Translations under genes and position numbers: made by a program | Part shown: piece after piece, positions 30,979-42,226 of the stretch | Numbering within the stretch: position 1 is the first letter of the stretch | Layout: every line of letters begins with the position of its first letter | Assembly (NCBI GenBank): GCA_944388495.1 | Contig: CALXIZ010000117.1 | Span: forward strand, 25,762 to 89,761 | Direction: 5' to 3' | Origin: an uncultured Clostridia bacterium | GTDB lineage: Bacteria; Bacillota; Clostridia; Peptostreptococcales; Anaerovoracaceae | DNA: 64,000 bases | Notes under the pieces: generated by a model | What the model was told of the DNA's origin: nothing | The model's input: only the letters and a program-made list of their open reading frames with translations | Databases searched by the model: none

Positions 30979-32091
30979 TCAGGAAAGAATGCGGACAGGA
31001 AGTATGAGATAGGTATAATTTTCCTCCTGTAAAGGACGGATAATGCATGGCGAAACGTTTGTATTGAGCTGCATTATGATGTCATCCTCACGGATCGCTT
31101 TCAGACCGTCGAGAAGATATTTCGAGTTGAAGCCGATCTCGATATCTTCTCCCTCTTTGCGGACAGGAATATCTTCATCTACGTTTCCGGCTTCGGATTT
31201 CGATGTGATGTGAAGATGATCGTCCGTAAAGGAAAGACGTATCAGATTGTTTCTTCCTTCTTTTGCAAGAAGAGAAGCTCTTTCGATACTGTCCGTCAGC
31301 AGATTCTTATCTATGTGAACCGTCGTCCGGAAATCGGAAGGAAGCAGATCTCTGTATTTCAGAAATTTTCCTTCTATCATTCTGAGAATAATTCTGCTGT
31401 CTTCCGTAAAGATGACAGCCTTTTTCTCGTCCAGAATCAGTTCCACTTTTTCATCTTCCTCTCCGCCTTCTGAAAGGATTTTATTGATCTCATTCAGAAT
31501 TCTGGCGGAAATGATGATGTCTGTCGTCTGATCGTTGTCCGTCTTCTCGGAGGCCACTGCCATGCGGAATCCGTCGAGAGCGGCCATGGTGATGCATCCG
31601 TCTCTCATTTCGATGAGAACGCCGACGATGACTCCTTTTGATTCATCGATGCTGGCGGCAAATGACGTTTTGCGGATCATCTCGCGGAAAACATCTCTGT
31701 TGACCGCGATTCTCCTGTTTTCGGAGACGGTTCCGATATCGGGAAATTCGTCAGCCGGCATGCCTACGATTCTGAATTCGCTCAGCGAGGTCCTGATAGA
31801 GACGCTGCTGTGTTCTTCGAGTGCGACTTCCACATCTTCGGAAGGAAGCTTTCTTATGATATCTGTAAAGAGCTTTGCCGGAAGGACGATGTCTCCGGGT
31901 TCCGATACCGATACGCTGATTTTCTTTTCTATGCTGAGGTCCATGTCGGAAGCGGTCATCGTGAGCGTTCCGTCGCTGTCCGCTTTCAGAAGGATGCCTT
32001 TCAGAATAGGCATGGTGCTTCTGGTCGTGACAGCTCTGGAGACGAAAGTCAGCGCTCTGTTTAATTCCGGCTGAGACGTTTTGAACTTCAT
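30979..32091 (-). CDS. dnaN: DNA polymerase III beta sliding clamp
   Basis: 370 aa: MKFKTSQPELNRALTFVSRAVTTRSTMPILKGILL, immediately downstream of dnaA. Confidence 0.95.
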   Translation of the reverse strand: MKFKTSQPELNRALTFVSRAVTTRSTMPILKGILLKADSDGTLTMTASDMDLSIEKKISVSVSEPGDIVLPAKLFTDIIRKLPSEDVEVALEEHSSVSIRTSLSEFRIVGMPADEFPDIGTVSENRRIAVNRDVFREMIRKTSFAASIDESKGVIVGVLIEMRDGCITMAALDGFRMAVASEKTDNDQTTDIIISARILNEINKILSEGGEEDEKVELILDEKKAVIFTEDSRIILRMIEGKFLKYRDLLPSDFRTTVHIDKNLLTDSIERASLLAKEGRNNLIRLSFTDDHLHITSKSEAGNVDEDIPVRKEGEDIEIGFNSKYLLDGLKAIREDDIIMQLNTNVSPCIIRPLQEENYTYLILPVRILS

Positions 32092-32361
32092 TTTTCTCCT
32101 CCAAGTTCTTTTTCGCCGTTGTGGGGCCTGTTTTCTTATTTATATTATATATCTTAGTAATAATAGTAATAAGGCCTGTGGATATGTTGATAACTTCTGT
32201 GGATAATAGAATTTCAACGATCATTCCCCGGAAATCTCTGTGGATAAACGTCGGAATTTTTCACATGGCCTGTTTATACTGTGTTGATAACTATCTATAT
32301 AAAAACGCGTTTTTTGAGGCGCTTTTTCTTCTCTCTGCACGTTTTTTATGAAAATCCGGAA
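32092..32361. other. oriC segment in the dnaA-dnaN spacer: DnaA boxes, GC cluster, DnaA-trio-like repeats and an AT-rich unwinding region
   Basis: Perfect TGTGGATAA boxes lie at 32198-206 and 32239-47. One-mismatch boxes lie at 32177-85, 32185-93 and 32282-90. GGCC sits at 32173-76, preceded by TAGTAATAATAGTAATAA (32155-72) and an AT-rich run at 32131-54. Confidence 0.8.
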
Positions 32362-33729
32362 TCATTCGTCCAGAATTTTGCTTTTCAGCTCTGAAATCGT
32401 ATTTCTCAGAGATTCGTCCTTCAGCATCTCGTTTGAAATCTTGTCGCAAGCGTGCATGACCGTCGTATGATCCCGGTTTCCGAAGTTTTCCCCGATCTTC
32501 GGCAGGGAGAGTTCGGTCAGTTCACGGCACAGATACATGGCGATCTGACGCGGATGAGCGAGATTTTTCGTACGTTTTGACGATTCCATGTCGGAAACGT
32601 TGATATTAAAATGGCTGCAGACGATATTTTTGATCAGCGGCGCATCGATCGTGCGGCTCGATGTATCGAATACGCCCGACAGGACTTCTTTTGCCGTATC
32701 TTTTGTCAGCGGCTTGTTCATCAGGTTTGCGTGAGCGATGACACGGTTCAGGGCCCCCTCAAGTTCCCGGATATTCGACGTGATTTTGTCGGCGATCAGA
32801 TAAAAGATCTCGAGAAGATCCTCGTTGACCTGAATATCTTCCATTTCCGCCTTGTTTTTCAGGATGGCAACACGCGTCTCAAAGTCCGGTGACTGGATAT
32901 CCACAGGCAGTCCCCATTCAAATCTCGATTTCAGTCTGGCATCGATGGTTTCGATTTCCTTCGGCGGCCGGTCGCTGCAGAATACGATCTGCTTGTTGTT
33001 TCCGTACAGCGTTTCGAAGGTGTGGAAAAGTTCCTCCTGTGTTCTGTCCTTTTTTTCGATAAACTGAATATCGTCGATCATCAGAACATCGATACTGCGG
33101 TATTTGTTGCGGAATTCCTCGTTTTTCTTGTTCTGGATGGCGTTGACCAGCTCGTTGGTAAACATCTCCGAAGAAACATAGAGCACGCGTTTATCGGGAC
33201 TGTTCTGAAGAACGTAGTGCCCGATGGCGTGCATCAGGTGTGTCTTGCCGAGTCCGGATTTTCCGTACAGAAAAAGAGGATTGTATGTAGCTCCCGGATT
33301 TTTGGCCACAGCCAGAGCCGCGGCATAGGCGAGTTCGTTGTTTGCTCCCACGACGAAGGTGCTGAAATTGTATCTCGGATTGAGGTTGAGCTCATCGTTT
33401 CCGGGATTATTGATCATTTTCTCGTAGTACAGCTTTTCCTTGTCGTTTTCAGGCCGTTCGGAAGCTCTGTTTTCCTGATCAGACAGTACAAATTCGAGTT
33501 TCATGGGAGTTCCGAAGATTTTCTGTATCGAATTTTCCAGTATCGGAACGTACCGGTTCTGAAGAATCGATTTTGTCATGTCATTATATGTGACGAGCGT
33601 GATGACACCGGAATCGAGGTCGATCGACTTCGGAACGAGCGGTTTTATCCACGTGTTGAAACCGGCCGGCATCATTTCAGGTTCGACTTCTTTTAATATT
33701 TCCTTCCAGATTTTTATAATATTTTCCAT
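32362..33729 (-). CDS. dnaA: Chromosomal replication initiator DnaA
   Basis: 455 aa with Walker A GKSGLGKTHL, and DVLMIDDIQF, plus the C-terminal DnaA-box binding region HTTVMHACDKI. Confidence 0.97.
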   Translation of the reverse strand: MENIIKIWKEILKEVEPEMMPAGFNTWIKPLVPKSIDLDSGVITLVTYNDMTKSILQNRYVPILENSIQKIFGTPMKLEFVLSDQENRASERPENDKEKLYYEKMINNPGNDELNLNPRYNFSTFVVGANNELAYAAALAVAKNPGATYNPLFLYGKSGLGKTHLMHAIGHYVLQNSPDKRVLYVSSEMFTNELVNAIQNKKNEEFRNKYRSIDVLMIDDIQFIEKKDRTQEELFHTFETLYGNNKQIVFCSDRPPKEIETIDARLKSRFEWGLPVDIQSPDFETRVAILKNKAEMEDIQVNEDLLEIFYLIADKITSNIRELEGALNRVIAHANLMNKPLTKDTAKEVLSGVFDTSSRTIDAPLIKNIVCSHFNINVSDMESSKRTKNLAHPRQIAMYLCRELTELSLPKIGENFGNRDHTTVMHACDKISNEMLKDESLRNTISELKSKILDE

Positions 33730-33874
33730 TTAAAAATCCCTTATACATTCCTCTGTTCCATTTGAAAATCGGTGTGCGAACACGCAAAATTTTTAGAATC
33801 CGATCCGTCATGATCTGCAAATGTTATAATAAAATACGGCTTCAGAAATCTCCTCCGAAACAGTATTTCCTTAC

Positions 33875-34002
33875 TTATCCCTGACTTATCCACAATGATT
33901 ATAGCAGAAAAAAGCCGCTGTAATCAATTTTTTCTGAGATTCCGGAGATTTTGTCCGAAATTATCCACAAAGCTCTTTTTATCCACAGATGAGATTTCCA
34001 CA
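33875..34002. other. oriC segment upstream of dnaA (DnaA-box cluster)
   Basis: Perfect TTATCCACA boxes lie at 33886-94, 33961-69 and 33979-87. Degenerate boxes lie at 33875-83 and 33994-34002. Confidence 0.75.
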
Positions 34003-34057
34003 GTCTCTTTTCCGGCTTATTTCTGCATGTACAGCGGCATTTTGGCGACTTTTTAAG

Positions 34058-34086
34058 TTGACAGAAAACATTGTAATATGTATAAT
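34058..34086 (+). promoter_or_regulatory. rpmH promoter TTGACA-17 nt-TATAAT
   Basis: Both hexamers are consensus with exact 17-nt spacing, about 115 nt upstream of rpmH. Confidence 0.75.
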
Positions 34087-34201
34087 TTATAGGCAATTAT
34101 GCGCTGATTCTTCACAAACTTTTGCGCAGGAAAAGAAGAGTGGACAAAAAGACGGTAATTTCATTACACGTTTACAGATAAAAGGACGGGAGGTGTTAAT
34201 C

Positions 34202-34336
34202 GTGAAGCAGACTTATCAGCCGAAGAAAAGACAGAGAAAAAAGGAACACGGTTTCAGAAAGAGAATGTCTACGAAGAACGGCAGAAACGTTCTTAAGAGA
34301 AGAAGAGCGAGAGGAAGAAAATCTCTCACCGCATAA
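34202..34336 (+). CDS. rpmH: 50S ribosomal protein L34
   Basis: GTG start after GGGAGGTG. The 44-aa product [44 protein letters not shown] matches L34. Confidence 0.9.
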   Translation: MKQTYQPKKRQRKKEHGFRKRMSTKNGRNVLKRRRARGRKSLTA

Positions 34337-34359
34337 ATCTCTCAACGTATGGGAAAATG

Positions 34360-34390
34360 ATAAGGCCGCGCGAAGTGGTCTTATTTTTTA
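34360..34390 (+). terminator. Terminator or attenuator hairpin after rpmH
   Basis: ATAAGGCC-9 nt loop-GGTCTTAT followed by TTTTT. Confidence 0.55.
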
Positions 34391-34460
34391 CTGTGAAACC
34401 GCCGGGTTCGAAAAGCGCAGCGCAGTCAGAAAGCATCAATTTAATATCAGGGAATGGTGA

Positions 34461-34820
34461 TTGGAAATGTTGAGACCCGATGTCCTCAGAAGAAAAGAAG
34501 ATTTTGACCGGATTTACAGGAAGGGCAGATCGGTGGGAGACAGATATGTGGTGATATTCTGTCTTGAGAACCGTCTCGGTTATAACAGAATCACATTTCT
34601 GGCGAGCAAAAAAGTGGGGAACAGTGTAGAGAGAAACAGAGCCAGGCGTCTCATGCGGGAAAGTATGAGGACGACGGATGTAAAGGTCCGCGATGGCTAT
34701 GATCTCATTATTATTGCAAGAAATACCATAAACGGAAAGAAATGCGCGGATGTGAAAAAATCTATCGAAGCCGCTTTAAGACGACTGAAAGTAACCGAAA
34801 AAAAGAAGGTGAAAGATTGA
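34461..34820 (+). CDS. rnpA: RNase P protein component
   Basis: 119 aa: [24 protein letters not shown]...[18 protein letters not shown]. The start could be either the TTG at 34461 or the ATG at 34467. Confidence 0.85.
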   Translation: MEMLRPDVLRRKEDFDRIYRKGRSVGDRYVVIFCLENRLGYNRITFLASKKVGNSVERNRARRLMRESMRTTDVKVRDGYDLIIIARNTINGKKCADVKKSIEAALRRLKVTEKKKVKD

Positions 34821-34840
34821 AAAGAGCAGCAGAAGCGGGA

Positions 34841-35059
34841 ATGGAGATTCTGAAAAAGATTCTCATTCTGCTGGTGCGCGGTTATCAGATTTTTATTTCA
34901 CCGATCATGCCGGGAAAGTGCAGGTTTTATCCAACCTGCTCCACGTATTTTATTCAGGCGGTCGAAAAATACGGTCCTTTTAAAGGGACTCTGCTCGGGA
35001 TCAGAAGAATCCTGAAATGCCATCCTTTTCACGAAGGAGGCTACGACCCGCTGAAATGA
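34841..35059 (+). CDS. yidD: Membrane protein insertion efficiency factor YidD
   Basis: The internal ATG gives [45 protein letters not shown]...[11 protein letters not shown]. The coordinate comes from ORF-track arithmetic. Confidence 0.85.
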   Translation: MEILKKILILLVRGYQIFISPIMPGKCRFYPTCSTYFIQAVEKYGPFKGTLLGIRRILKCHPFHEGGYDPLK

Positions 35060-35130
35060 AACGGATGTGCGGACGGTGCGCGGATCAGCGGATGCGGAAG
35101 CACACGTTGCGGAAATGACGGAGGATTTCA

Positions 35131-35835
35131 ATGACAAGGATTATAGCTGTTCCACTTGGCTATATATTAGACGCACTTTACAGTTTTATAGATAATTACG
35201 GAATTACGATCATCGTGTTCACCGTGATTATCCGGCTTATTATTCTGCCTTTATATGCGGCTCAGCTCAGAAGCATGTCGAGAATGCAGGCGATGCAGCC
35301 GAAAATAAAGGAAATTCAGACGAAATATGCCAGCGATTCGCAGATGATGAACATCAAGCTGCAGGAGCTCTATAAGGAAGAGAAGATAAATCCGGCCATG
35401 GGATGTCTTCCGCTTCTGATACAGCTTCCTATTATCTGGGGTCTGTTTGCCCTTCTGCGCAATCCGACGGAGTACATACATAATTCCGATATGGTTCTGG
35501 CGGCTCATGAATCCTTTTTATGGGTTCACGACCTGAGTCAGCCGGATCTCTGGCTGTTTCCTATCCTGGCAGGTGTGGCGACCTTCATATCCATGAAGCT
35601 CACACAGTCTTCCTCTGGCAGTGCTGCAGCGGGATCCATGGGCGGTTCCATGAAAGTGATGCAGTATTTCATGCCGATCATGATCGTATGGATGGGACGG
35701 ACACTTCCTGCGGGACTCTGCCTGTACTGGCTTGTCAGTTATATTTTCCAGATTGCGCAGACAAAAATAACGCAGATTTTCAAGAACAGAAAGCCGTCCG
35801 GCAAAGGAAAAAAAGGCGGAAAAAAGAAAAAATAA
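35131..35835 (+). CDS. yidC: YidC/Oxa1-family membrane insertase
   Basis: 234 aa with ITIIVFTVIIRLIILPL, MQPKIKEIQTKY and GCLPLLIQLPI, and a basic C-terminal tail. Confidence 0.9.
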   Translation: MTRIIAVPLGYILDALYSFIDNYGITIIVFTVIIRLIILPLYAAQLRSMSRMQAMQPKIKEIQTKYASDSQMMNIKLQELYKEEKINPAMGCLPLLIQLPIIWGLFALLRNPTEYIHNSDMVLAAHESFLWVHDLSQPDLWLFPILAGVATFISMKLTQSSSGSAAAGSMGGSMKVMQYFMPIMIVWMGRTLPAGLCLYWLVSYIFQIAQTKITQIFKNRKPSGKGKKGGKKKK

Positions 35836-35859
35836 GCAACGGAGGATTTTTACAGGTAT

Positions 35860-36804
35860 ATGGCGGAATATGTAGAAAAATGGGGCGACAGCATCGATTC
35901 GGCGGTGGAGCTCGCTCTGAGGGATCTGAAAATTACGAGAGAAGAAGCGGTGATTACCGTTCTTGAACAGCCTTCCAGCGGTTTTCTCGGACTGTTCGGA
36001 AGAAAGCTGGCAAAGGTGAGAGTTGAGAAAAAGCCGGAAGAGGAGAAAAAGAGAAACGTTCGCGAAACGGTCCGCAAAGAGACGGATTCGGAGGAAATTC
36101 ATTCCTCAGGAAGAACCGCGAGAAAGAATGCGGGAAGACCGAAGAGAGAACAGCCGTCCGCCGGAGAAGAGAGCGGCTCTGTATTTTCTTCCGTCACAGA
36201 GCATACACAGGCAGAGCGTGCGCCTGTCCGGGAAGGCATTTCCTCATCCAGGACAGCGCCGGAAAGAGAAGGCCGGGAGAGCGGAAGAAAGAAACACAGA
36301 TCTTCCCAGATGCATACGAAATTTACGATTACTGCTGAAGACACCGATGCGGTAGCGGCGGATGATTCTCCGGGCGTAAACTTTATCCGTGAAATCGCGG
36401 AAAATATGGGCCTTAATATCGAAGTAAAAGGCTATTTCAAGGACAGCGTACTTTATGTCAGCCTTGAGGGAAAAGACGTGGGATCGATGATCGGAAAAAG
36501 AGGACAGACTCTCGACGCCGTTCAGTATCTGGCGAGCATCGTTCAGAACAAAAACTGCGAATCCCATGTGAGAGTGATCATAAACGCCGAAAAGTACAGA
36601 GAAAAAAGAGAAAAAACTCTCCAGCTGCTGGCAAAGCGGCTTGCGGACAAATGCATAAAGTCCGGCAAGAGCGTAAGACTGGAACCGATGAATCCTTATG
36701 AGAGAAAGGTAATTCATTCTGCTCTTCAGTCAAATCCGAAGGTGACGACGAGAAGCGAAGGCGTCGAGCCGAACCGCAGGGTCGTAATAGAACTGAAGCG
36801 ATAG
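35860..36804 (+). CDS. jag: Jag/KhpB RNA-binding protein (Jag_N, KH and R3H domains)
   Basis: 314 aa. The C-terminus reads RVIINAEKYREKREKTLQLLAKRLADK...RLEPMNPYERKVIHSAL. A long charged linker joins the domains. Confidence 0.85.
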   Translation: MAEYVEKWGDSIDSAVELALRDLKITREEAVITVLEQPSSGFLGLFGRKLAKVRVEKKPEEEKKRNVRETVRKETDSEEIHSSGRTARKNAGRPKREQPSAGEESGSVFSSVTEHTQAERAPVREGISSSRTAPEREGRESGRKKHRSSQMHTKFTITAEDTDAVAADDSPGVNFIREIAENMGLNIEVKGYFKDSVLYVSLEGKDVGSMIGKRGQTLDAVQYLASIVQNKNCESHVRVIINAEKYREKREKTLQLLAKRLADKCIKSGKSVRLEPMNPYERKVIHSALQSNPKVTTRSEGVEPNRRVVIELKR

Positions 36805-36974
36805 AGCTTTTGCGGGAAAATGCGGATATCTGCAGCAGCAGTCTTACAGGACGGAGCTGATATGCAGCTGTCAGTTTTCTGATTTGAAACGGGTTCAGGA
36901 TGTCTTTATGCATTCTGAACCTTTGTTGTTTCCGTGAATTGTTTTTGCGGAATACCGGAAAAGAGGTGAACGGT

Positions 36975-38369
36975 GTGGAACAGACTATCGCTGCGGTAGC
37001 TACCGCTCCGGGAGAGAGCGGAATCGGGATCATAAGGATCAGCGGACCGGAGGCTCCTGAAATTTTAAAGCGTGTTTTTGAATATAAATCCGGGAAAAAG
37101 GCGGAAAAATTTGAAGAACGCCGCATGATTTACGGAAACATTGCCGATGAAAAAGGGGAGATCATCGATGAGGCGATGGTGGTATATATGAAAGCGCCTC
37201 ATACCTATACGGGAGAGGATGTGGCGGAAATCCAGTGTCACGGAAGTATCGTCTCTCTGAGAAAAATCCTGTCTCTCGTTCTTTCCTGCGGCGCACAGCC
37301 GGCGGAACGCGGCGAGTTTACAAAGCGGGCTTTTCTCAACGGAAAGATCGATCTGGCCCAGGCGGAAGCCGTAAATGATGTCATAAAAGCGGTATCGGAT
37401 GAGGGAAGCAGATCGGCCGTATCGCAGCTGGGAGGGAGTCTTTCCGCTGTGATCATATCGATCAGGACACAGATGGCGGATCTTCTTTCCGAGATTATCG
37501 CTCATATCGAATATCCGGAAGAAGATCTGGAGGAACTGACTTATGCACAGATTACAGAGGAACTCGCAAAAATTTCGGAGAGAATAAAAAGACTGGCGGA
37601 TTCCGCCGATACGGGAAGGATTGTGAGAGACGGACTGAAGCTGTGCATCGCGGGCAGGCCGAATGTGGGCAAATCTTCCCTGATGAATGCACTGCTGAAG
37701 ACAGACCGCGCCATCGTGACAGATATTCCCGGAACGACGAGAGATACCATTGAAGAGTTTGCCTCTGTTGCAGGAATTCCGGTACGGCTCACAGATACGG
37801 CCGGAATCAGAGAGACGGAGGATACCATCGAAAAGATCGGAATTCAGCGGAGCAGAGACTCCATACGTTCGGCGGATATCGTCATCTTTGTGGCGGACGG
37901 CTCACAGAGACTCTCGGAAGAAGATACGGAGATCATATCTCAGCTCTCCGGAAAAAATGTGATCTTCGTTTTCAACAAATCAGATCTCGGCATACGGGTT
38001 ACACGCGGCGAAATCGAAGATCTTCTGAGAGAAAAAAATATAGATGCTGACTGTACTTTTGCGGAGATTTCGGCTCTGACCGGAGAGGGAATCGACAGAA
38101 TAGCGGAGCAGATAAGAGATACGGTGTTCCGCGGAAAGGCAGCGGCAGACAATGAAATCCTGATCACGAATGTGCGTCATGCCGATCTTCTGCATCAGGC
38201 GCTCCGGTTTCTTTCGGACGCGGACAGCATGCTGAGAAGCGGAGAAGCTCTGGATTTTGCGGAAACAGATATCCGCAGCGCGTGGAGTCTTCTGGGAGAG
38301 ATTATCGGTGAGACGGTAAATCAGGATATTTTGACAGAAGTATTTTCCAGATTCTGTCTCGGAAAATAA
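36975..38369 (+). CDS. mnmE: tRNA modification GTPase MnmE
   Basis: GTG start 6 nt after AGAGGTG, giving [24 protein letters not shown]. The G-domain has [12 protein letters not shown] and the C-terminus has the CLGK motif. Confidence 0.9.
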   Translation: MEQTIAAVATAPGESGIGIIRISGPEAPEILKRVFEYKSGKKAEKFEERRMIYGNIADEKGEIIDEAMVVYMKAPHTYTGEDVAEIQCHGSIVSLRKILSLVLSCGAQPAERGEFTKRAFLNGKIDLAQAEAVNDVIKAVSDEGSRSAVSQLGGSLSAVIISIRTQMADLLSEIIAHIEYPEEDLEELTYAQITEELAKISERIKRLADSADTGRIVRDGLKLCIAGRPNVGKSSLMNALLKTDRAIVTDIPGTTRDTIEEFASVAGIPVRLTDTAGIRETEDTIEKIGIQRSRDSIRSADIVIFVADGSQRLSEEDTEIISQLSGKNVIFVFNKSDLGIRVTRGEIEDLLREKNIDADCTFAEISALTGEGIDRIAEQIRDTVFRGKAAADNEILITNVRHADLLHQALRFLSDADSMLRSGEALDFAETDIRSAWSLLGEIIGETVNQDILTEVFSRFCLGK

Positions 38370-38409
38370 GGTTGCGGCGCACAAAAAAGCGCAGAGAGGA
38401 GTTTTTCTG

Positions 38410-40377
38410 ATGCAGCGTTATGAAATGGGCGATTATGATGTGATCGTGGTAGGGGCGGGCCATGCCGGATGTGAAGCCGCTCTGGCTCCCGCGCGCATGG
38501 GACTTTCCACTCTCATGCTCTCCATCACTCTGGAGGCTATCGCGATGATGCCGTGCAATCCTTCGATCGGCGGAACAGGGAAAGGTCATCTGGTGCGTGA
38601 GATCGACGCTCTGGGCGGAGAGATGGGGATCAATACGGATAAAGTCTTTATCCAGAGCAGAATGCTCAATACGGCAAAGGGACCTGCCGTTCATTCCCTC
38701 CGGGCGCAGGCGGATAAACAGCGCTATCATGAGGAGATGAAAAAGACGATCGAGCGGCAGGAAAATCTGGATATGAAACAGGCGGAGGTCGTGGATCTCA
38801 TCGTCGAGGATAACACGGTGCGCGGTGTCGTGACGAAGACCGGCGGAGTCTACCGGGCAAAGGCAGTCATTCTGGCCACGGGAACTTTTCTCCGGGGAAA
38901 GATTTTCATCGGGGAATCCTCTTACTATTCCGGACCGAACGGAATGGCCGCTTCTGTGGAGCTTTCGGACAGCCTGAAAAAGTACGGCATTTTTCTGCGC
39001 CGGTTTAAAACGGGCACGCCGGCGAGAGTCGACGGAAAGACGCTGGATTACGGGGAAATGACAGTGCAGCACGGAGATGAGAAAATCGTGCCTTTTTCCT
39101 TCATGAATGAACTTCTGGATAAAAACAGAGCGGACTGCTGGCTTTCCTATACAAATGAAAAAACGCATGAAATCATACGGGCGAACTTTCACCGTTCCGC
39201 TCTTTTTACCGGTGAGATAGAAGGAGTCGGTCCGCGTTACTGCCCGTCCATAGAGACGAAAATAGACCGGTTTGCGGATAAAAAAAGACATCAGCTTTTC
39301 GTGGAACCGGAGGGACTGGGAACGGATGAAATGTACATACAGGGAATGTCGTCCAGCCTTCCTGAGGATGTCCAGGAACAGTTTTATCATACGATTCCCG
39401 GACTGACGCACTGCAAAATCGTACGTCCGGCATATGCCATCGAGTATGACTGTATCGATTCTCTCGATCTGAAGACGACTCTTGAAAGCAGAGTGATCGG
39501 AAATCTGTATTTTGCCGGCCAGACGAACGGCAGCTCCGGCTATGAGGAAGCGGCGGCGCAGGGACTGATGGCGGGAATCAATGCGGCTCTGAAAATACAG
39601 GGAAAGAAGCCTTTTATCCTCGACCGTTCGGAGGCGTATATCGGTGTTCTGATCGATGATCTCGTGACGAAGGGAACGCAGGAGCCTTACCGTATCATGA
39701 CTTCGAGAGTGGAATACCGCCTCCTGCTGCGTCAGGACAATGCCGCGGAGCGGCTGACGGAAAAGGGATATCGCATCGGTCTGGTGAGTGAGGAACGCTA
39801 TCAGCGTTATCTCACTCTGAAAAAGGAGACAGAGGAAGAAATGCAGCGTCTGCGCACGACGTATGTCACGCCGGCGGAAGCGGATGATTTTCTGCTTTCC
39901 ATCGGAAGCTCCCCGCTGCAGAACAGAATTTCCCTGGCGGAGCTTCTGAAACGTCCGCAGGTTACCTACGAAAACATGGCGGCAGTGGATCCGCAGAGGC
40001 CTTCGCTCTCCTATCACAGCACGCTGCAGGCTTATGTGAATATAAAGTATGAGGGATATATTTCAAAGCAGCTCGCTCAGATTGAAAAATTCAGAAGGCT
40101 GGAGTCACAGCTTCTTCCTCAGGATCTGGATTATTCAGAGCTGGACGGAATCCGGCTTGAAGCACGCCAGAAGCTGAATGATTTCAGACCCGATTCCGTG
40201 GGACAGGCTTCCAGAATCTCCGGTGTGTCCCCAGCTGACATCAATGTCCTTCTGATTCATCTCGAAAAGCGGAGAAGACAGCAGGGAATGGAAGACGCGG
40301 AAAAAATGTCTGCCGGAGAAAAGACAAAAGAAAGGGCAGATGATAATAGAGGAGAAGGCGATGAAAAGACTGAATGA
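38410..40377 (+). CDS. mnmG: tRNA uridine 5-carboxymethylaminomethyl modification enzyme MnmG
   Basis: 655 aa: [23 protein letters not shown].., with a charged C-terminal extension of about 25 aa. Confidence 0.95.
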   Translation: MQRYEMGDYDVIVVGAGHAGCEAALAPARMGLSTLMLSITLEAIAMMPCNPSIGGTGKGHLVREIDALGGEMGINTDKVFIQSRMLNTAKGPAVHSLRAQADKQRYHEEMKKTIERQENLDMKQAEVVDLIVEDNTVRGVVTKTGGVYRAKAVILATGTFLRGKIFIGESSYYSGPNGMAASVELSDSLKKYGIFLRRFKTGTPARVDGKTLDYGEMTVQHGDEKIVPFSFMNELLDKNRADCWLSYTNEKTHEIIRANFHRSALFTGEIEGVGPRYCPSIETKIDRFADKKRHQLFVEPEGLGTDEMYIQGMSSSLPEDVQEQFYHTIPGLTHCKIVRPAYAIEYDCIDSLDLKTTLESRVIGNLYFAGQTNGSSGYEEAAAQGLMAGINAALKIQGKKPFILDRSEAYIGVLIDDLVTKGTQEPYRIMTSRVEYRLLLRQDNAAERLTEKGYRIGLVSEERYQRYLTLKKETEEEMQRLRTTYVTPAEADDFLLSIGSSPLQNRISLAELLKRPQVTYENMAAVDPQRPSLSYHSTLQAYVNIKYEGYISKQLAQIEKFRRLESQLLPQDLDYSELDGIRLEARQKLNDFRPDSVGQASRISGVSPADINVLLIHLEKRRRQQGMEDAEKMSAGEKTKERADDNRGEGDEKTE

Positions 40378-41068
40378 GGCTCTGAGGGCTCTGGGGACGG
40401 AACCTTCAGAAGAGACGGCGGAAAAATTTGAGCTGTATATGAACCGTGTTCTCGAATGGAATGAAAAAGTGAATCTGACGGCAATCCGTGACAGAGACGA
40501 TTTTATCGAAAAGCATTTTATCGATTCCGTCTGCTGTATTTCTGACAGCCGCTGGAAAGAAGCGAAGAGTGTCGTCGATGTGGGTACGGGAGCCGGATTT
40601 CCCGGACTTCCGCTGGCCATCGTCTCTCCGGAAAAAGAGTTCCTTCTCATCGATTCTCTGAATAAGAGAATCCGTATCCTGAATGAGATCATCGCAGAGC
40701 TCGGGCTCAAAAACGCGGCTGCCGTTCACGGCAGAGCGGAGGAACTGGCGCGCCGGAAGGAATACAGAGAGAAATTTGATATCTGTGTTTCCAGAGCCGT
40801 GTCAAGGCTCTCCGTCCTTGCCGAGTACTGTCTGCCGTTTATCCGGGCGGGAGGTCATCTGATCGCCTATAAGGGTCCGGATGCGGAGAGCGAAGCGAAA
40901 GATGCGGCCTCTGCCATAACCGCACTCGGCGGCGTGACGGAGGAAATCTCAGAAACGTGTATGGAACAGTACGGCATAAATCACAGAATGGTATATATCC
41001 GAAAAGTAAGAAAAACGCCGGCGGCTTATCCGAGAAAGGCCGGAACGCCGGAACGCAGTCCTCTCTGA
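40361..41068 (+). CDS. rsmG: 16S rRNA (guanine527-N7)-methyltransferase RsmG
   Basis: ATG after GGAGAAGG. Motifs [13 protein letters not shown] and [15 protein letters not shown] are present. It overlaps the end of mnmG. Confidence 0.9.
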   Translation: MKRLNEALRALGTEPSEETAEKFELYMNRVLEWNEKVNLTAIRDRDDFIEKHFIDSVCCISDSRWKEAKSVVDVGTGAGFPGLPLAIVSPEKEFLLIDSLNKRIRILNEIIAELGLKNAAAVHGRAEELARRKEYREKFDICVSRAVSRLSVLAEYCLPFIRAGGHLIAYKGPDAESEAKDAASAITALGGVTEEISETCMEQYGINHRMVYIRKVRKTPAAYPRKAGTPERSPL

Positions 41069-41284
41069 GATCTGATGTCTCATGTCGTGAAATGTCGACG
41101 CTTTTGCATGGGTATCGGAAGAAAAGCGTTATATAGTAAACGGGAAGCCCCAAAGATACAGATTCCGTTTTCCTGTGCGGAAAAACAGAGACGGGTGATA
41201 CGGAATCTTCGTCGATACCGGGGTTTTTCAGATCATATCGGGAGGAATTTCAGCGTGTGAGACAGAGGAGGTATATCAGAGATC

Positions 41285-42097
41285 ATGAAGTGGATGACAA
41301 AAAAGGGGGAACCCGTGGAGATTCCCACAGAATCTATCGTTCCGAATCCGGATCAGCCCAGAAAACAGTTTGAACAGGCGGAGCTGGACGAGCTTCAGGA
41401 GTCCATACGGGAATTCGGCATTATTCAGCCGCTCATCGTCAAAAAAGAAGCGGATCACTATATTCTCATCGCCGGCGAGCGCCGTCTGCGCGCCGCCGCC
41501 GCTCTCGGCATGGAGAGAGTGCCGGCGCTCATAAGAGAGGCGACGGTAAAGGAATCTGCGCTGATCGCTCTGATCGAGAACGTGCAGCGGGAGAATCTCT
41601 CCTATATCGAAGAGGCGCAGGCCTACAGGCGTCTGATTTCGGAACACGGTCTGACGCAGACGGAGATAGCAAAAAAAGTGGGAAAACGCCAGTCTACCAT
41701 CTCGAATAAACTCCGTATTCTGTCTCTTCCGGAAGATATTCAGGCGATACTCGCGGAACACAGGCTCTCGGAGCGCCATGCCAGAGCACTGCTTCGGATC
41801 GAAGATGACGGACTTCGCAGGCAGGTGCTGGAGAAAATCGTAAAATACGGCCTCAATGTAACTCAGAGTGAAAAACTCATCAGCGATCTTCTCGAAAAAG
41901 AGGAGAAAAAACAGATGACAGGAGAAAGAATCCGTTTTATCAGTTATCAGCTCTATGTGAATACTATAAAAAAGGCTTTCATGACGGTGAAAGAGGCGGA
42001 AGAGGATGCGGAGTATTCTGTTGAGGAGCGGGAAGACAGCGTCGAGGTGAAGATCACCATACCGAAAAAGAACGCCAGGGGTGAGATGCCGGCATAG
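41285..42097 (+). CDS. noc: ParB-family nucleoid-occlusion-like protein
   Basis: 270 aa with PNPDQPRKQFEQAELDELQESIREFGIIQPLIV and ILIAGERRLRAA, in the canonical position after rsmG. Confidence 0.8.
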   Translation: MKWMTKKGEPVEIPTESIVPNPDQPRKQFEQAELDELQESIREFGIIQPLIVKKEADHYILIAGERRLRAAAALGMERVPALIREATVKESALIALIENVQRENLSYIEEAQAYRRLISEHGLTQTEIAKKVGKRQSTISNKLRILSLPEDIQAILAEHRLSERHARALLRIEDDGLRRQVLEKIVKYGLNVTQSEKLISDLLEKEEKKQMTGERIRFISYQLYVNTIKKAFMTVKEAEEDAEYSVEEREDSVEVKITIPKKNARGEMPA

Positions 42098-42226
42098 ACA
42101 AAAAAGCGTGCGCGGCGTCTGATCCCGGCCCGGGTTGAAAGAAAGCGGGAAGCTGTGTTACAATGTCAGAAAAATAATGCAGAAAACTTGTGAACTTCAC
42201 CGTAAGTCACAGAGAGGAGAAATTGT

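Noticed and set aside
30842-31048. 68-aa ORF considered as the yaaA-type S4 protein between dnaN and recF
   Set aside because: It overlaps the dnaN 3' end and the recF start. It has no S4 motif and its composition is not protein-like.
33989-34201. N-terminal extension of the rpmH ORF (the 115-aa version in the track)
   Set aside because: The extension covers oriC DnaA boxes and the rpmH promoter. L34 is a conserved 44-aa protein that starts at the GTG at 34202.
38302-40017. 571-aa ORF on the minus strand
   Set aside because: It is entirely antisense to mnmG, whose identity is unambiguous. The product is Arg/His/Phe/Ile-rich low-complexity sequence with no recognisable domain. It is a shadow ORF, caused by the sense strand avoiding the codons TTA, CTA and TCA.
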